Source: an uncultured bacterium (GTDB lineage Bacteria; Acidobacteriota; Thermoanaerobaculia; Multivoradales; JAHZIX01). Taken from it: DNA of 64,000 nucleotides. Positions 26,498-36,458 of this stretch are shown piece after piece. The notes beneath the pieces were generated by a model. The model saw only the letters and a list, made by a program, of their open reading frames with translations. It made no database searches and had not been told where the DNA came from. The DNA is taken from positions 32,001 to 96,000 of the forward strand of contig CBDUPA010000013.1 of assembly GCA_965368975.1 (NCBI GenBank). Reading direction: 5' to 3'. A program made the translations under genes and the position numbers. Position 1 is the stretch's first letter; every line of letters begins with the position of its first letter.

Positions 26498-27726
26498 GTT
26501 TGGATCGCTCGTAGCCAGTGTTGGGCCGCGTGGTGTGGTCGGAAGTTGTCGTCCAGGCGCCGCCGACCGGCTGCGCCCCGGCGGCGACTCTCGCCCGGCT
26601 GGCTCCAGGCCTCGACGAGTGCCGTCCGCAGTGCATCGACGTTCTCGGCTGGCACCAGCCAGCCTGTCTCACCGTCGACCACGACTTCGGGAATGCCGCT
26701 GACCCTGCTGGCAATGACCGGTGTCCCAGCCTCCATGGCCTCGAGGACGACCAGCGGCATCCCCTCGTAGATGGAGGGTACCACCAGAGCGCGGGCGGCG
26801 GAAAGCAGCTCGCGCACGCGCCGGGCATCGCAGCGGCCGAGGAAGGTGACGTCCGACAGCGCGCGCTGCCGGCACGCCTCCTCCAGTGCCTGCCGGTGTT
26901 CGCCCTCCCCTGCGATCCAGAGCCGGGCGTCCGGGTGCTCCGCGTGCAGCGCTTCGAGTGCCGCCAGCAGTACCTCGACGCCCTTGCGCAGGCGCAGCCG
27001 GCCGACGAAGAGAAAGGCGGTTTCGGCGTCCTCGGACACTGGGGCAGCAAAATCCTTGGCGACCGTCTCCCGACCTTCGAGCACCGCACCGGTGACGTTC
27101 GGCAGGACTTCGATGCTCTGTCGCTCGACACCGTAGTCGCGGGAGACCTCGTCGGCAGTGACCGCGCTCGGCGTCAACAGCTGGTCGGCGAGTCGAGCGG
27201 TCAGCCAGCCGAGCACGATGTGCAGCGGGGCCTTGAAGCGCCGGAAACGGCGTTCGACGGCCCCGGGGCGCCCCAACTCCCTGCCGTGCTCGTCCCGCAG
27301 CGGCCTCACCGCGTGACGCTCTCGGCAGTAACTGACCTGCAGCAAGGCCAGCAGCCGCGGTGTCGCTGCGCCGTCCTCGCTGCGCCCGCGCGCCGAGGCA
27401 CGGAGAAAGCGCCGCAGTAGGCGCGTGACCAGCGCGGCCAACGCACCGTCGCTCTCGTGCACCTGCACGACGTCCGGTCGGTCGCGCCACACGGCTAGGG
27501 CGGCCGGCAGCGCCACCGTCAGCGGAAACAGCAGCTTGGGACCGCGCGCGCCACCGTCGCCACGGCCCAGCACGTGCACGTCGACGCCTTGCTCGCGCAG
27601 ACCGGCAGCCAGTTGCAGTACTTGCTCGCCGACGCCGGAAATATCGTGCGGTGGCAGGGTATTGGCGATCAGCAAGACACGCAACGCCGTGTGTTGCCCC
27701 GTGTGGCGCCGACTGGACGGCTTCAA
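26494..27726 (-). CDS. Glycosyltransferase family 4
   Basis: FVGRL...KGV, PSIYEGMPLVVLEAM..G.PVIASRVSGIPEVV. Confidence 0.9.
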   Translation of the reverse strand: MKPSSRRHTGQHTALRVLLIANTLPPHDISGVGEQVLQLAAGLREQGVDVHVLGRGDGGARGPKLLFPLTVALPAALAVWRDRPDVVQVHESDGALAALVTRLLRRFLRASARGRSEDGAATPRLLALLQVSYCRERHAVRPLRDEHGRELGRPGAVERRFRRFKAPLHIVLGWLTARLADQLLTPSAVTADEVSRDYGVERQSIEVLPNVTGAVLEGRETVAKDFAAPVSEDAETAFLFVGRLRLRKGVEVLLAALEALHAEHPDARLWIAGEGEHRQALEEACRQRALSDVTFLGRCDARRVRELLSAARALVVPSIYEGMPLVVLEAMEAGTPVIASRVSGIPEVVVDGETGWLVPAENVDALRTALVEAWSQPGESRRRGAAGRRRLDDNFRPHHAAQHWLRAIQT

Positions 27727-28505
27727 CTGATGTGGAAGGTCATGTTGACCACGCCGAAGCGCAACTCGTCCTGGTCCTTGACCTCGACCGGTACCCCGGT
27801 CTCCAGGCGTGTGCCGTTGACAAACGTGCCGTTCATCGTGCCGATCTCTTCCGACGCGTAGAACTTGCCGGCACGGCGGTAGACCTTGGAATGGCGACGG
27901 CTGGTCGAGCGCTGCGTGTCGACGGGCGTCAGGTCGACATCCGGGTAGATTCCGGTCACCGGGTCACGGCGGCCGACCGTCGTCTCCTCGCCCTGCGCCA
28001 GCAGGAACTCCATGCCCGACTTGACGTGGACCAGGCGCTCGGGCCCGTACTTCTTGTCCTTGTCGATGTCCGGCGCCGGCATTTCGGCCATCAGGCCGGC
28101 CGACGATTCGGTCGTTCCCAGGGCTTTCTTGAGCAGCGTGTCCGTCTCGCGCAAGCGGCGCGAGAACTTGCGCATGATGCGCACTGCGATCTCGGGATCC
28201 TTGCGCAGCATCTGGGCGAAGGTCGCGCCGTTGATGCGCACCAGCTTCGCCGGATTCAGCGCGCGCGCGGCAGCATTGCGCGGCATGTCGTCGAGCAGCG
28301 ACATCTCGCCGAAAAAGTCGCCCTTCTCGAGGACGGCCAGCTGCTTGAGATCGCTGCCGACCCGTTTCAGGATCTCGATCTGCCCCTCGTGGATGATGAA
28401 CATGTCCGTGCCGAGGTCGCCCTCGTCGAACACCATCTCCCCCGCCTTGAATTCGGCGGTGTAGTTGCCACTCTGGCCAGTTGCTTTGAAGACAGGTTTG
28501 CTCAT
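27723..28505 (-). CDS. Cyclic-nucleotide-binding domain plus FHA domain protein
   Basis: GDFFGEMSLL...PRNAAARA (cNMP); VGRRD...SRRH...NGTFVNG (FHA). Confidence 0.9.
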   Translation of the reverse strand: MSKPVFKATGQSGNYTAEFKAGEMVFDEGDLGTDMFIIHEGQIEILKRVGSDLKQLAVLEKGDFFGEMSLLDDMPRNAAARALNPAKLVRINGATFAQMLRKDPEIAVRIMRKFSRRLRETDTLLKKALGTTESSAGLMAEMPAPDIDKDKKYGPERLVHVKSGMEFLLAQGEETTVGRRDPVTGIYPDVDLTPVDTQRSTSRRHSKVYRRAGKFYASEEIGTMNGTFVNGTRLETGVPVEVKDQDELRFGVVNMTFHIS

Positions 28506-28545
28506 CGTCGCTCAGCTCGGGTTCGTCACTCACCCTTCCGGAGCA

Positions 28546-29452
28546 CTACCCGAGTTCGAGGACGCCTTCGCCAGGGTCCAAACGGGCCTGCATTCCCAAG
28601 GGCAAGGTGAGATTAGGACATTGGTGGCCTGCCGGCAACTTGCCGGCCAACGGCCGTTCGGGAAGTGTTTCGCGGCAGGTCTCTATGAGTGCCTTCCAGG
28701 CCATGTCGGAATTGACCGACTCTGGCCACCAGATATGGCCGATACACATGCCCGAGATTGTCGAGAGCCTACCCGACAGGTGAAGGTGAGTCAACATTCG
28801 ATCCAGCCGGTAGAGGGGTTCTTGTAGTTCTTCCCAGAACAATACACAGCCTTCCAAGTTCGGAGCATACGGCGTTCCGAGCAGCGACACGAGCAAGCTC
28901 AAGCAACCACCGAGCAGCGGGCCGCACACCGCCGGTGCCTGACGATCGGCCCACCACTGCGGCTCCAGGCGCTGCGGGTAGCGGCCAGCCAGGGCGTCGA
29001 GCAGGCTGCGCTCCTCGTCTACTTCGAGTCCACGCGCCAGGTCGACGGCCGGCATCGGCCCGTGGAAAGCGACGAGGTGCAGGCGCCGCACCACTTCGAG
29101 CAGGAAAGGAGTCAGGTCCGAGTAGCCGAGATACGCCCGCGGATTCGCTGCCAGTAGGTCCCAGTCGAAGTGCGGCAGCAGCCGCATCACTCCATAGCCA
29201 CCGCGTGCGAAAGCGATGGCGCGCAAACTCGGATCGGCGGCCAGCTCGTGGAAGGCATCGAGCCGCTCGGCATCACTGCCGGCGAACAGGCCGCACGCCG
29301 AACGGCTGCGCAGGTTGGCCGCCGGCACCGGCTCGAAGCCGAGGTCGCGCAGCGCCTGCAGACCAGCGTCGACACGCTGCGGTTGCACCGGCCCGGACAG
29401 CGCGGCCACGCCGATCCGGTCTCCGGGCTCGACAGGTGGTGGAAGAACAGCA

Positions 29453-29469
<17 letters not shown>
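28546..29469 (-). CDS. ldcA: LD-carboxypeptidase (peptidase S66)
   Basis: PGDRIGVAALS, ARGGYG, GYSDLT (Ser), FHGP, GGCLS, LFWEE (Glu), AGH (His). Confidence 0.9.
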
Positions 29470-29852
<383 letters not shown>

Positions 29853-29860
29853 CGACGGCC

Positions 29861-29869
29861 ATTGTAGCA
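29861..29869 (-). promoter_or_regulatory. Extended -10 promoter of rnpB
   Basis: TGCTACAAT on the minus strand, 8 nt before the P1 5' strand. Confidence 0.65.
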
Positions 29870-29909
29870 GCCTGTCGGCCTCAGCTACCCTCGCTGACTC
29901 GTTCCCGGT

Positions 29910-31457
29910 TCAAATGCGTGCCAGTCGCTCCAGCGCCACCTTCGCTTCGGCGTGCTTCGGGTTCAACTCCAATACCATCTGGTAGTGGCGGCGCGCTTGG
30001 TCAAGCTGCTGCAGGCCAGCGTACACCTCGCCGAGATTGAGATGTACGTCGGCGAGCCGGATCTGCTTGCCCTGCGGGTCTCGACGCAAGGCCTCGTCCA
30101 AGCTCTCTCCAGCACGCCGCAGCCAGTTCGGGTTGCGCATTTGCACCTCGCCCAACAGCACGTAGTACTCTGCCCGCGGATCCCGTCGCACAGCATCGTT
30201 GAGAAGCTCGTGGGCTTGGTGAAAATTTGCCGCCGCGAGCATGCTCCGCGCTCGCTCGACGTGTGCCTGTGCCAGCAACCGCTCCCGCTCCGCTGGTTCC
30301 GGCTCCTCCGTCGCCCCTTGCAGCAGGCCAGGTTGACGGTTGTACTCGCGTCGCCGGGGCGGCGAGCTGAGCACGCGATAGGCTTCGGTAACTTGCTCGA
30401 AGAGGCGCGCCAAGGCGCTCGCTTCCTGCGGCATGCCCAGCCTGACGGCGTGACTCGGGTGCACCAGTCGAGCCACGCGTTCAAAGGCCTCGCGGACTTG
30501 CACGTCGTTGGCACTCAGGGGGACATCGAGCAGCCGGTAGTGGTCGAGGCGGACACCACGAGCCAGCAAGTCCTTCAGCTTCGCCCGGTGATCGTCCGGC
30601 CGCAGATTCGAGGGTTGACGCTGCAACTCGTGGCCAATACGTTCCAGCAGACGCTGTGGCAAGGGGACGGACACCTTCGGTGCTGCTGTGTCAGCCGCCT
30701 TGTCGCCGGATGGGCGGGTAGGTTTGTCGTGGACCTCAGCGGTTTCGGGACGCACACTGGCGGCAGGTCGCTGCGGCGCCTCGACAGCGCGAATCCAGCC
30801 AACAGCCAGCAGGCGGCACAACCGCGGCAAGGCTTCTCTTGCCGTCAAACCAGTCTCGCGCGGCAACGCCGCCAGCACCGCTGGCTGTGCCAGGCGCGCG
30901 AGCAAGAAGCCGCTCGAGGGATCGAGCCAAAAAGCCGATGTCAGCTCATCGCTGTGTCCCGCGGCTTGCAGCCAGGCCTCGTCCCCTCCGAGGCGCTGGC
31001 GCAGGACGGACTCGTCCTCATCACCGTCAACCGCCAGCCGCATCACGAGGCAGGCTGTCGGCAAGGGGCCGGCCGCAGTCGGTGAGACCTCCTCGTTCGC
31101 CGCGGCGGTGAACGTCAACTCGTCCAAGCCGCGCCCTCGTAGACTGTCGGCCAGGTGTTCGAGCAGCGCTTTGACCTCGGGCTGCGCTTTGCGCGGCAGG
31201 GTCTTGTTCTCAGCAGACTCCAGCAAGCCGGCCAGCCGGCGCGCTGGCAAGTAGTCGGAAGGCAGAAACAGGGCGCCATCGACGAAGATCAGGCGCACAG
31301 ATAGGCCCGTTTGTACGGTCAGCACACCGGATCGACGTTGCTGGTAAAGCTCGTTGAGCAACGGTAGTGCCGGGGGCACAGTACTAGCGCTCGGGGTCGG
31401 CAACACTACGGGTGCGGCACTATCTTCTGCTGAAGCCATTGAGGCAGAACGAGTCAT
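29910..31457 (-). CDS. J-domain-like plus TPR protein
   Basis: DHYRLLDV...VREAFERVARLVHPS...F.QVTEAYRVLS.P.RR.EY J-domain pattern with HPS in place of HPD; C-terminal TPRs. Start uncertain. Confidence 0.75.
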   Translation of the reverse strand: MTRSASMASAEDSAAPVVLPTPSASTVPPALPLLNELYQQRRSGVLTVQTGLSVRLIFVDGALFLPSDYLPARRLAGLLESAENKTLPRKAQPEVKALLEHLADSLRGRGLDELTFTAAANEEVSPTAAGPLPTACLVMRLAVDGDEDESVLRQRLGGDEAWLQAAGHSDELTSAFWLDPSSGFLLARLAQPAVLAALPRETGLTAREALPRLCRLLAVGWIRAVEAPQRPAASVRPETAEVHDKPTRPSGDKAADTAAPKVSVPLPQRLLERIGHELQRQPSNLRPDDHRAKLKDLLARGVRLDHYRLLDVPLSANDVQVREAFERVARLVHPSHAVRLGMPQEASALARLFEQVTEAYRVLSSPPRRREYNRQPGLLQGATEEPEPAERERLLAQAHVERARSMLAAANFHQAHELLNDAVRRDPRAEYYVLLGEVQMRNPNWLRRAGESLDEALRRDPQGKQIRLADVHLNLGEVYAGLQQLDQARRHYQMVLELNPKHAEAKVALERLARI

Positions 31458-31562
31458 GATGTGCTTTCCGTTTTCCGACAAGTGATTCGAACTCCCGCAT
31501 GCAGGAGGAGTCGGGCTAGCGGAGCAGAAAGCAAAGTAAAAGAATGAATACAAGTATAGCGC

Positions 31563-31597
31563 AAACTATGGCGAGAACGGAATCGCTCTCGCCATAG
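31563..31597 (-). terminator. Probable intrinsic terminator
   Basis: CTATGGCGAGA-10nt-TCTCGCCATAG followed by TTTG on the minus strand, 40 nt after the 31638 stop. Confidence 0.6.
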
Positions 31598-31637
31598 CCA
31601 GGCTCAACGTCGCTGGACGTCCGCCAGAGAAGAAACG

Positions 31638-32522
31638 TCAGCGGAACTCGACGCGCACGGGCTCGTCCAGCTGCATCTTGATACCGGGAACACCCTCGAG
31701 CATGCGCTGCAACTCGGCCGGCGAGCCCGGCTCGCCACCTGCCATCAGCTCCTCGAGCACACCCGGCGCGGCCAGCAGCTGGTCGAAATCGAGTTCCATC
31801 AGTGTGATCGTGCCCTGGTCGTCTACGTAGCGGGCGTTGGTGCTCAGCACCTCACCCTCGGGTACGAGACGCATGCGGACTCGCAATCCCTGGAAGAATT
31901 GCTTCATCATGGCCAGCGCCATCTCTTCCTGTGCTAGCTCCTCGGGTGTCTTCTCCGCTTCCGGCTCGTCGGCCTCAGCGCTGTCCGTCTCGTCGCTTTC
32001 GGCATTCCAGCCACCCGTCGGCTCCGGGGGAATGAGGGTCAGCACCGACTTGCCGCCCGAACGTTCGAGCGTGAACCGCAGCTTCTCGTCGTCCGCACGG
32101 CCCGCCTCGTCGCCGCCCCCGCTGCCCGGCGGGCCTGGCGTGGCCGAGGTCTGGACTTGGGTGATGTCGGTGAAGGCGTAGGTGGCCCGGGCACCTTCGA
32201 AGTCTTCACCGTCCAGACGCTCGGTCTCGACCAGCGTCACGCCCGGTCCCATCGACTCGCCCATCTCGCGCAGTGAATCTTCCGAGAACAGGTCGGGCGA
32301 CTCTGGCGTCTCGCCGTCTTCGGCAAAGGTCGCAGCCATGGCTTGCATTTGCTGCAGGAAAGCGTTCTTGACGGTGAACTCGTTCTTCACCGTGCCCGTG
32401 CCATCGGGCTTGACGGTCATCAAGACATCGACGGTGAAACAAGCCGTGTTGGCCAGCAGCAGGACAGTCAGCAGCGCCAGCAGCAGACCACGGCAACGAA
32501 AGCGGGAGATCAAGCTCGACAT
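31638..32522 (-). CDS. Hypothetical lipoprotein
   Basis: Signal peptide with lipobox-like LANTAC; acidic mature domain (VKPDGTG). Confidence 0.75.
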   Translation of the reverse strand: MSSLISRFRCRGLLLALLTVLLLANTACFTVDVLMTVKPDGTGTVKNEFTVKNAFLQQMQAMAATFAEDGETPESPDLFSEDSLREMGESMGPGVTLVETERLDGEDFEGARATYAFTDITQVQTSATPGPPGSGGGDEAGRADDEKLRFTLERSGGKSVLTLIPPEPTGGWNAESDETDSAEADEPEAEKTPEELAQEEMALAMMKQFFQGLRVRMRLVPEGEVLSTNARYVDDQGTITLMELDFDQLLAAPGVLEELMAGGEPGSPAELQRMLEGVPGIKMQLDEPVRVEFR

Positions 32523-32658
32523 TTCAGGCTCCTTGGGATCACAGAATCAACGGGATGTTCAGCGGCTGGTCGCCAACCCCGGCCTGTAGCAGGCGCACTT
32601 CGACCGTTTGGGGCTGCTCGGCGCTCGTACTCTGGTCGGCCTCCTTCCTCGGTCGGGA

Positions 32659-33462
32659 TCATTCGGAGTCGTCGACGTCGTCCGACAACGCCATGATGCT
32701 AAACCCGGCGTCTACGTACAGGGTCTGCCCGGTGATGCCGGATGCGTCGGCACCGAGCAGGAAACCGCTGGCTCCGGCAACCTCTTCGAGCGTGATGTTG
32801 CGCTTCATCGGGGTCATCTGGTCGTAGAACTTCATCACCCGACTGAAACCACCAACACCGCGCGCCGATACCGTCTGCAAAGGTCCGGCGGATACCGCGT
32901 TGACGCGGATGCCGAGCGGGCCCAACTCATAGGCCAGCTGGCGCACGATGTGCTCCAGCGCCGCCTTGGCGGTCCCCATGACATTGTAGTTGGCAACCAC
33001 GCGCTGCGAGGCGATGTAGGTCATGGCGATGATCGAGCCACCGCCCGGCTGATCGCCCTCGTGCATGTAGCGTTTGGCGTGCTTGGCCATCGGGATCAAG
33101 CTGTAGGCACTGATGTCGAGCGCCATCTTGAAGCCGTCGCGGCTGGTCTCGGTGAAGGCGCCGCTGAGGTCGTCGTGCTGGGCGAAGGCAATGCTGTGGA
33201 CCACATGGTCGAGCCTTCCCCGGGCTTCGTGGTGCTTTGCGAATACCTGCTCGATCGAGCCTTCCTCGGTGACATCGCAGGGTACCAGTACGGCATCGTT
33301 GATGCCTTCGTCTTCCAGCAGTTTCTCCAGACCGCGCAGGAAGCGATCCTGGTAGGCCAGGGTCAGCTTGACCCCCTCGGTATGCAACTTGCGGGTGATG
33401 CCCCAGGCGATACTGCGCTTGTTGGCCACGCCGAAGACGATGGCCGCTCTATCCTCGCTCAT
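32659..33462 (-). CDS. fabI: Enoyl-ACP reductase
   Basis: GVANKRSIAWGI, HSIAFA, DISAYSL, YNVMGTAKAALE, RVNAVSAGP, ITGQTLYVDAG. Confidence 0.96.
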   Translation of the reverse strand: MSEDRAAIVFGVANKRSIAWGITRKLHTEGVKLTLAYQDRFLRGLEKLLEDEGINDAVLVPCDVTEEGSIEQVFAKHHEARGRLDHVVHSIAFAQHDDLSGAFTETSRDGFKMALDISAYSLIPMAKHAKRYMHEGDQPGGGSIIAMTYIASQRVVANYNVMGTAKAALEHIVRQLAYELGPLGIRVNAVSAGPLQTVSARGVGGFSRVMKFYDQMTPMKRNITLEEVAGASGFLLGADASGITGQTLYVDAGFSIMALSDDVDDSE

Positions 33463-33501
33463 ATATCGAATCTCCTTGAATGTAGTTTCGGTGCGCCGAA
33501 C

Positions 33502-35421
33502 TCAGGCCCCGGCACCGTCCCACGGCCAGCCCAGGATCGCGTCGACGGTATCGCGCGAGACGGCGTGGTAGAGCGGGCGGGCCTGCTCGTAGATCGCGCG
33601 GGCCCGCAGCTTGCTTTCTTCGGACTCGGCCAGATTCTCGTACAGGGGCTTGAGGAACTTGCGCCGCCCCATACCGGTCAGGAAGGTCTCGAGCGCCGGA
33701 TAGCCGGGTGCGTAGTCGTTGTCGATCACATGGTGCAGCCAGGCGTGCAGGATCTCGGAGTTACCGCTCTGGGTGAAACCGTTGGCGGCGTCCAGGTCAG
33801 CCATCTGCGGCTCGCTCAGCTCGCTGGGCAGCTGACGCAGGAAGTGCAGCCACTCATGACTACTCCAGCCCTCGGTTTCCAGGTCGGCGGCAGGGGTGCC
33901 GGCCTGCCAGGTAGCGATCTGGGCTTCGACCTTGGTGAAGGCCTCGGACTGTACCGCCGGGACGTTGGCTGGGATGCCGGGACCGTAGATCCAAGCGTCG
34001 AGCTGCAGCTTGGCGGCCAGCTCGTCGTTGCCGGCGATCAAGTTCTGGTTCAGGTAGTCGAGAAACTGCGCCGTGGTCACCGACTCGAAAGCACGAGTCT
34101 CGAAGTAGGCGCGCAGGAAGTCGTCGAAGGCCTCGCGCCCGACACTCTCCTCCAGCAGACGCAGCAGGAAGTAGCCTTTCTCGTAAGCGATATCGGTCAT
34201 GCCGTCGTCGGGATTGCGGCCAGCGAGGTCGAGGTAGAGATGGGTGTCGGGACTCTCGGCGCCCAGCTCCTCCACCGTCGCTTGCAAGTCCTGCCAGCCG
34301 AGCTGTGCCAGCATCTCGGAGTAGTCACGGCCGTAGAGGGCCTCCATGATTCGACGCTCGAAGTAGACGGTGAAGCCTTCGTTGAGCCAGAAGTCGTTCC
34401 AGGTGGCATTGGTCACCAGGTTGCCGGACCAGCTGTGCGCCAGCTCGTGCGCCACCAGAGCGGTGAGCGAGCGATCACCGGCAAGGATGGTGGGCGTGAG
34501 GAAGGTCAGGCGTGGGTTCTCCATACCACCGAAGGGAAAGCTGGGTGGCAGTACGAGCATGTCGTAGCGCTCCCAACGATAGGGGCCGTACAGCTCCTCG
34601 GAAGCCTCGATCATCTTCTCTGTATCGGCGAATTCATAGGCCGCGGCTTCGACCACTGACGGCAGTGCATAGACGCCCGTGCGCTCTCCGATGGCACGGA
34701 ACTCGAGGTCACCGACGCCGAGAGCCAGCAGGTAGGACGGGACCGGCTGCTGCATCTGGAAGCTGTAGACGCCGTCGTCGCTCTTCTCCTGCGGGTTGGC
34801 GGCGCTCATTACCGCCATCAGGCCAGCCGGTACGCGGATCGTCGCCTCGTAGGTCATGCGCACTTCCGGCGTATCCTGGCACGGCACCCAGGTGCGGGCG
34901 AGAATGGCCTGCGACTGGCTGAGCAGGAACGGGTGGTCACCGCCGGTCTGTGACGGTTCGAGCCACTGCAGGGCGGCGGCGTCTGGGCTACTGAAGTAGT
35001 CGATGTGCACGACCTTCGTATCCGGCTGGATGTCGATGATCAGCGGGCTGCCGAAGTGCTCTTTGGCTTCCCCTACCGTGTAGGTTGCCTGTGCCTCACT
35101 GTCGTCGAGGGTGACGCCTCGGATCGTGAGGTCGCGCGTGTCGAGATGCAGCTCGCTGGCGCCAGTGGGGTTGTCCAGGTGCACGCTGGCGATGCCGCTC
35201 AGCTGCCGAGTCTGGAAGTCGACACCCAGGTCGAGCGCCAAGTGCCGCACGCGCACTTCGTCGGGACGAGAATAGGAGTGTGGGTCGACGGCATCGCTGG
35301 GGCTCGCGGAATCCACGCTCGCGCTTCCCTCAGGAGTTGGGCCGCCACAGGCGGCTGGCAACAGCAGGATGGAAAACAGCATGGAAACGGCCAGCAGGAG
35401 TCGGAAGCTTCGAATGTGCAT
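33502..35421 (-). CDS. M1-family aminopeptidase (leukotriene A4 hydrolase-like), lipoprotein
   Basis: GGMEN, HELAH-18x-E (WLNEG), YEKG; lipobox LPAAC; start trimmed to ATG 35421. Confidence 0.93.
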   Translation of the reverse strand: MHIRSFRLLLAVSMLFSILLLPAACGGPTPEGSASVDSASPSDAVDPHSYSRPDEVRVRHLALDLGVDFQTRQLSGIASVHLDNPTGASELHLDTRDLTIRGVTLDDSEAQATYTVGEAKEHFGSPLIIDIQPDTKVVHIDYFSSPDAAALQWLEPSQTGGDHPFLLSQSQAILARTWVPCQDTPEVRMTYEATIRVPAGLMAVMSAANPQEKSDDGVYSFQMQQPVPSYLLALGVGDLEFRAIGERTGVYALPSVVEAAAYEFADTEKMIEASEELYGPYRWERYDMLVLPPSFPFGGMENPRLTFLTPTILAGDRSLTALVAHELAHSWSGNLVTNATWNDFWLNEGFTVYFERRIMEALYGRDYSEMLAQLGWQDLQATVEELGAESPDTHLYLDLAGRNPDDGMTDIAYEKGYFLLRLLEESVGREAFDDFLRAYFETRAFESVTTAQFLDYLNQNLIAGNDELAAKLQLDAWIYGPGIPANVPAVQSEAFTKVEAQIATWQAGTPAADLETEGWSSHEWLHFLRQLPSELSEPQMADLDAANGFTQSGNSEILHAWLHHVIDNDYAPGYPALETFLTGMGRRKFLKPLYENLAESEESKLRARAIYEQARPLYHAVSRDTVDAILGWPWDGAGA

Positions 35422-35558
35422 GTCGTACCTTTCGAGAGGATGCTCGTTGGCAAGCAGATCTGGCAGTGGGGATGGAGGTCGGACCGCGGTCAGGGAGTAG
35501 CATGTGGGTTGAACCGGGGGTATTGGAAGGTCGCCTGAGAGTATCACAGCGCCTGGCC

Positions 35559-36410
35559 TCACCCAGGACTGGAAGCAGGCAGAACCGTGGTACCACCATG
35601 CGGCGCTGACGCATCGACCAGCACCTGCCGCAGTAACCCGGGCCGCCGACCATCGAGCAGGCAAGACTCGATGCCACGGGCCGCCAGGTTGCGCACGGTC
35701 TGCAGGCGCAGCTCCATACCGCCCGTGACGTCGGTACCACGGGGAGCACGAATCACCTGGCTGCCTCCATCTCGTAGCCATCCGTCCAACTGCGTCGCCG
35801 GCAGAGACGCCACGGTGGCTCCGTCCGCATCGAGCAACCCGGCGGTCTCCCCCAGCCAGAGGGCGCGACGGACTGTGTGCCCCGCCGCCTGCAAGGGGCT
35901 GCACAGCGCTGCCAAGACATGTTCGGTGGAGCGAATGCACGCCCCCCAGGTGAGATCGAGCACGACATCGCCGCAGACCACCGGCAAGAGTCCTTGCTCG
36001 AGCGCGCACAGGAGCGGCTCCGTCTGCAGGCTGGCGATGCGCCCGGCGTCGGTGGTCAGGAAGGCCGACGGTGACAAGGAAAAGGGACGGGCTCCGGCCT
36101 GCACCAGGCTGTCGAGTACCAGCCGGTGCAAGGCCGCGGCGGCAGCTTGGGTCGCGGCGATCCCGTCGGCCAGCGGGACGTGAGCCTCCGTGGCGACTGG
36201 GGCTCCGCTGCTCAGACCCGCGCGGCGTGCCTCGACATGACCAAAGGAGCCGCTGCCGTGCCCCAAGACAAGCCCTGTCTGCTCGCTCAGGTCTCGGCGT
36301 GCGGCGGCCAGCTCGGCGGCCAGACGTTCGATCACGTCGCGGCGTGCGTGGCCGGGCCGCGTCTTGTCGGTGAGCAGCGAACCGCCCAGCTTGACCAGCA
36401 CGACGTCCAC
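35559..36410 (-). CDS. ipk: Isopentenyl phosphate kinase (amino-acid-kinase fold)
   Basis: KLGGSLLTDK, HGSGSFGH (IPK-specific His), GDVV, DVTGGM; adjacent to a mevalonate decarboxylase. Confidence 0.85.
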   Translation of the reverse strand: MDVVLVKLGGSLLTDKTRPGHARRDVIERLAAELAAARRDLSEQTGLVLGHGSGSFGHVEARRAGLSSGAPVATEAHVPLADGIAATQAAAAALHRLVLDSLVQAGARPFSLSPSAFLTTDAGRIASLQTEPLLCALEQGLLPVVCGDVVLDLTWGACIRSTEHVLAALCSPLQAAGHTVRRALWLGETAGLLDADGATVASLPATQLDGWLRDGGSQVIRAPRGTDVTGGMELRLQTVRNLAARGIESCLLDGRRPGLLRQVLVDASAPHGGTTVLPASSPG

Positions 36411-36458
36411 TAGAGGATTCCCTTCATCGGTAGTAGCCCTCCATCGTACCGTCGTCCG

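Noticed and set aside
32608-34659. 683-aa plus-strand ORF
   Set aside because: Antisense shadow of fabI and the M1 aminopeptidase; no motifs; expected from high-GC codon bias.
35422-36009. N-terminal extension of the M1 aminopeptidase ORF
   Set aside because: Overlaps the IPK gene in another frame; the lipoprotein signal begins at ATG 35421.
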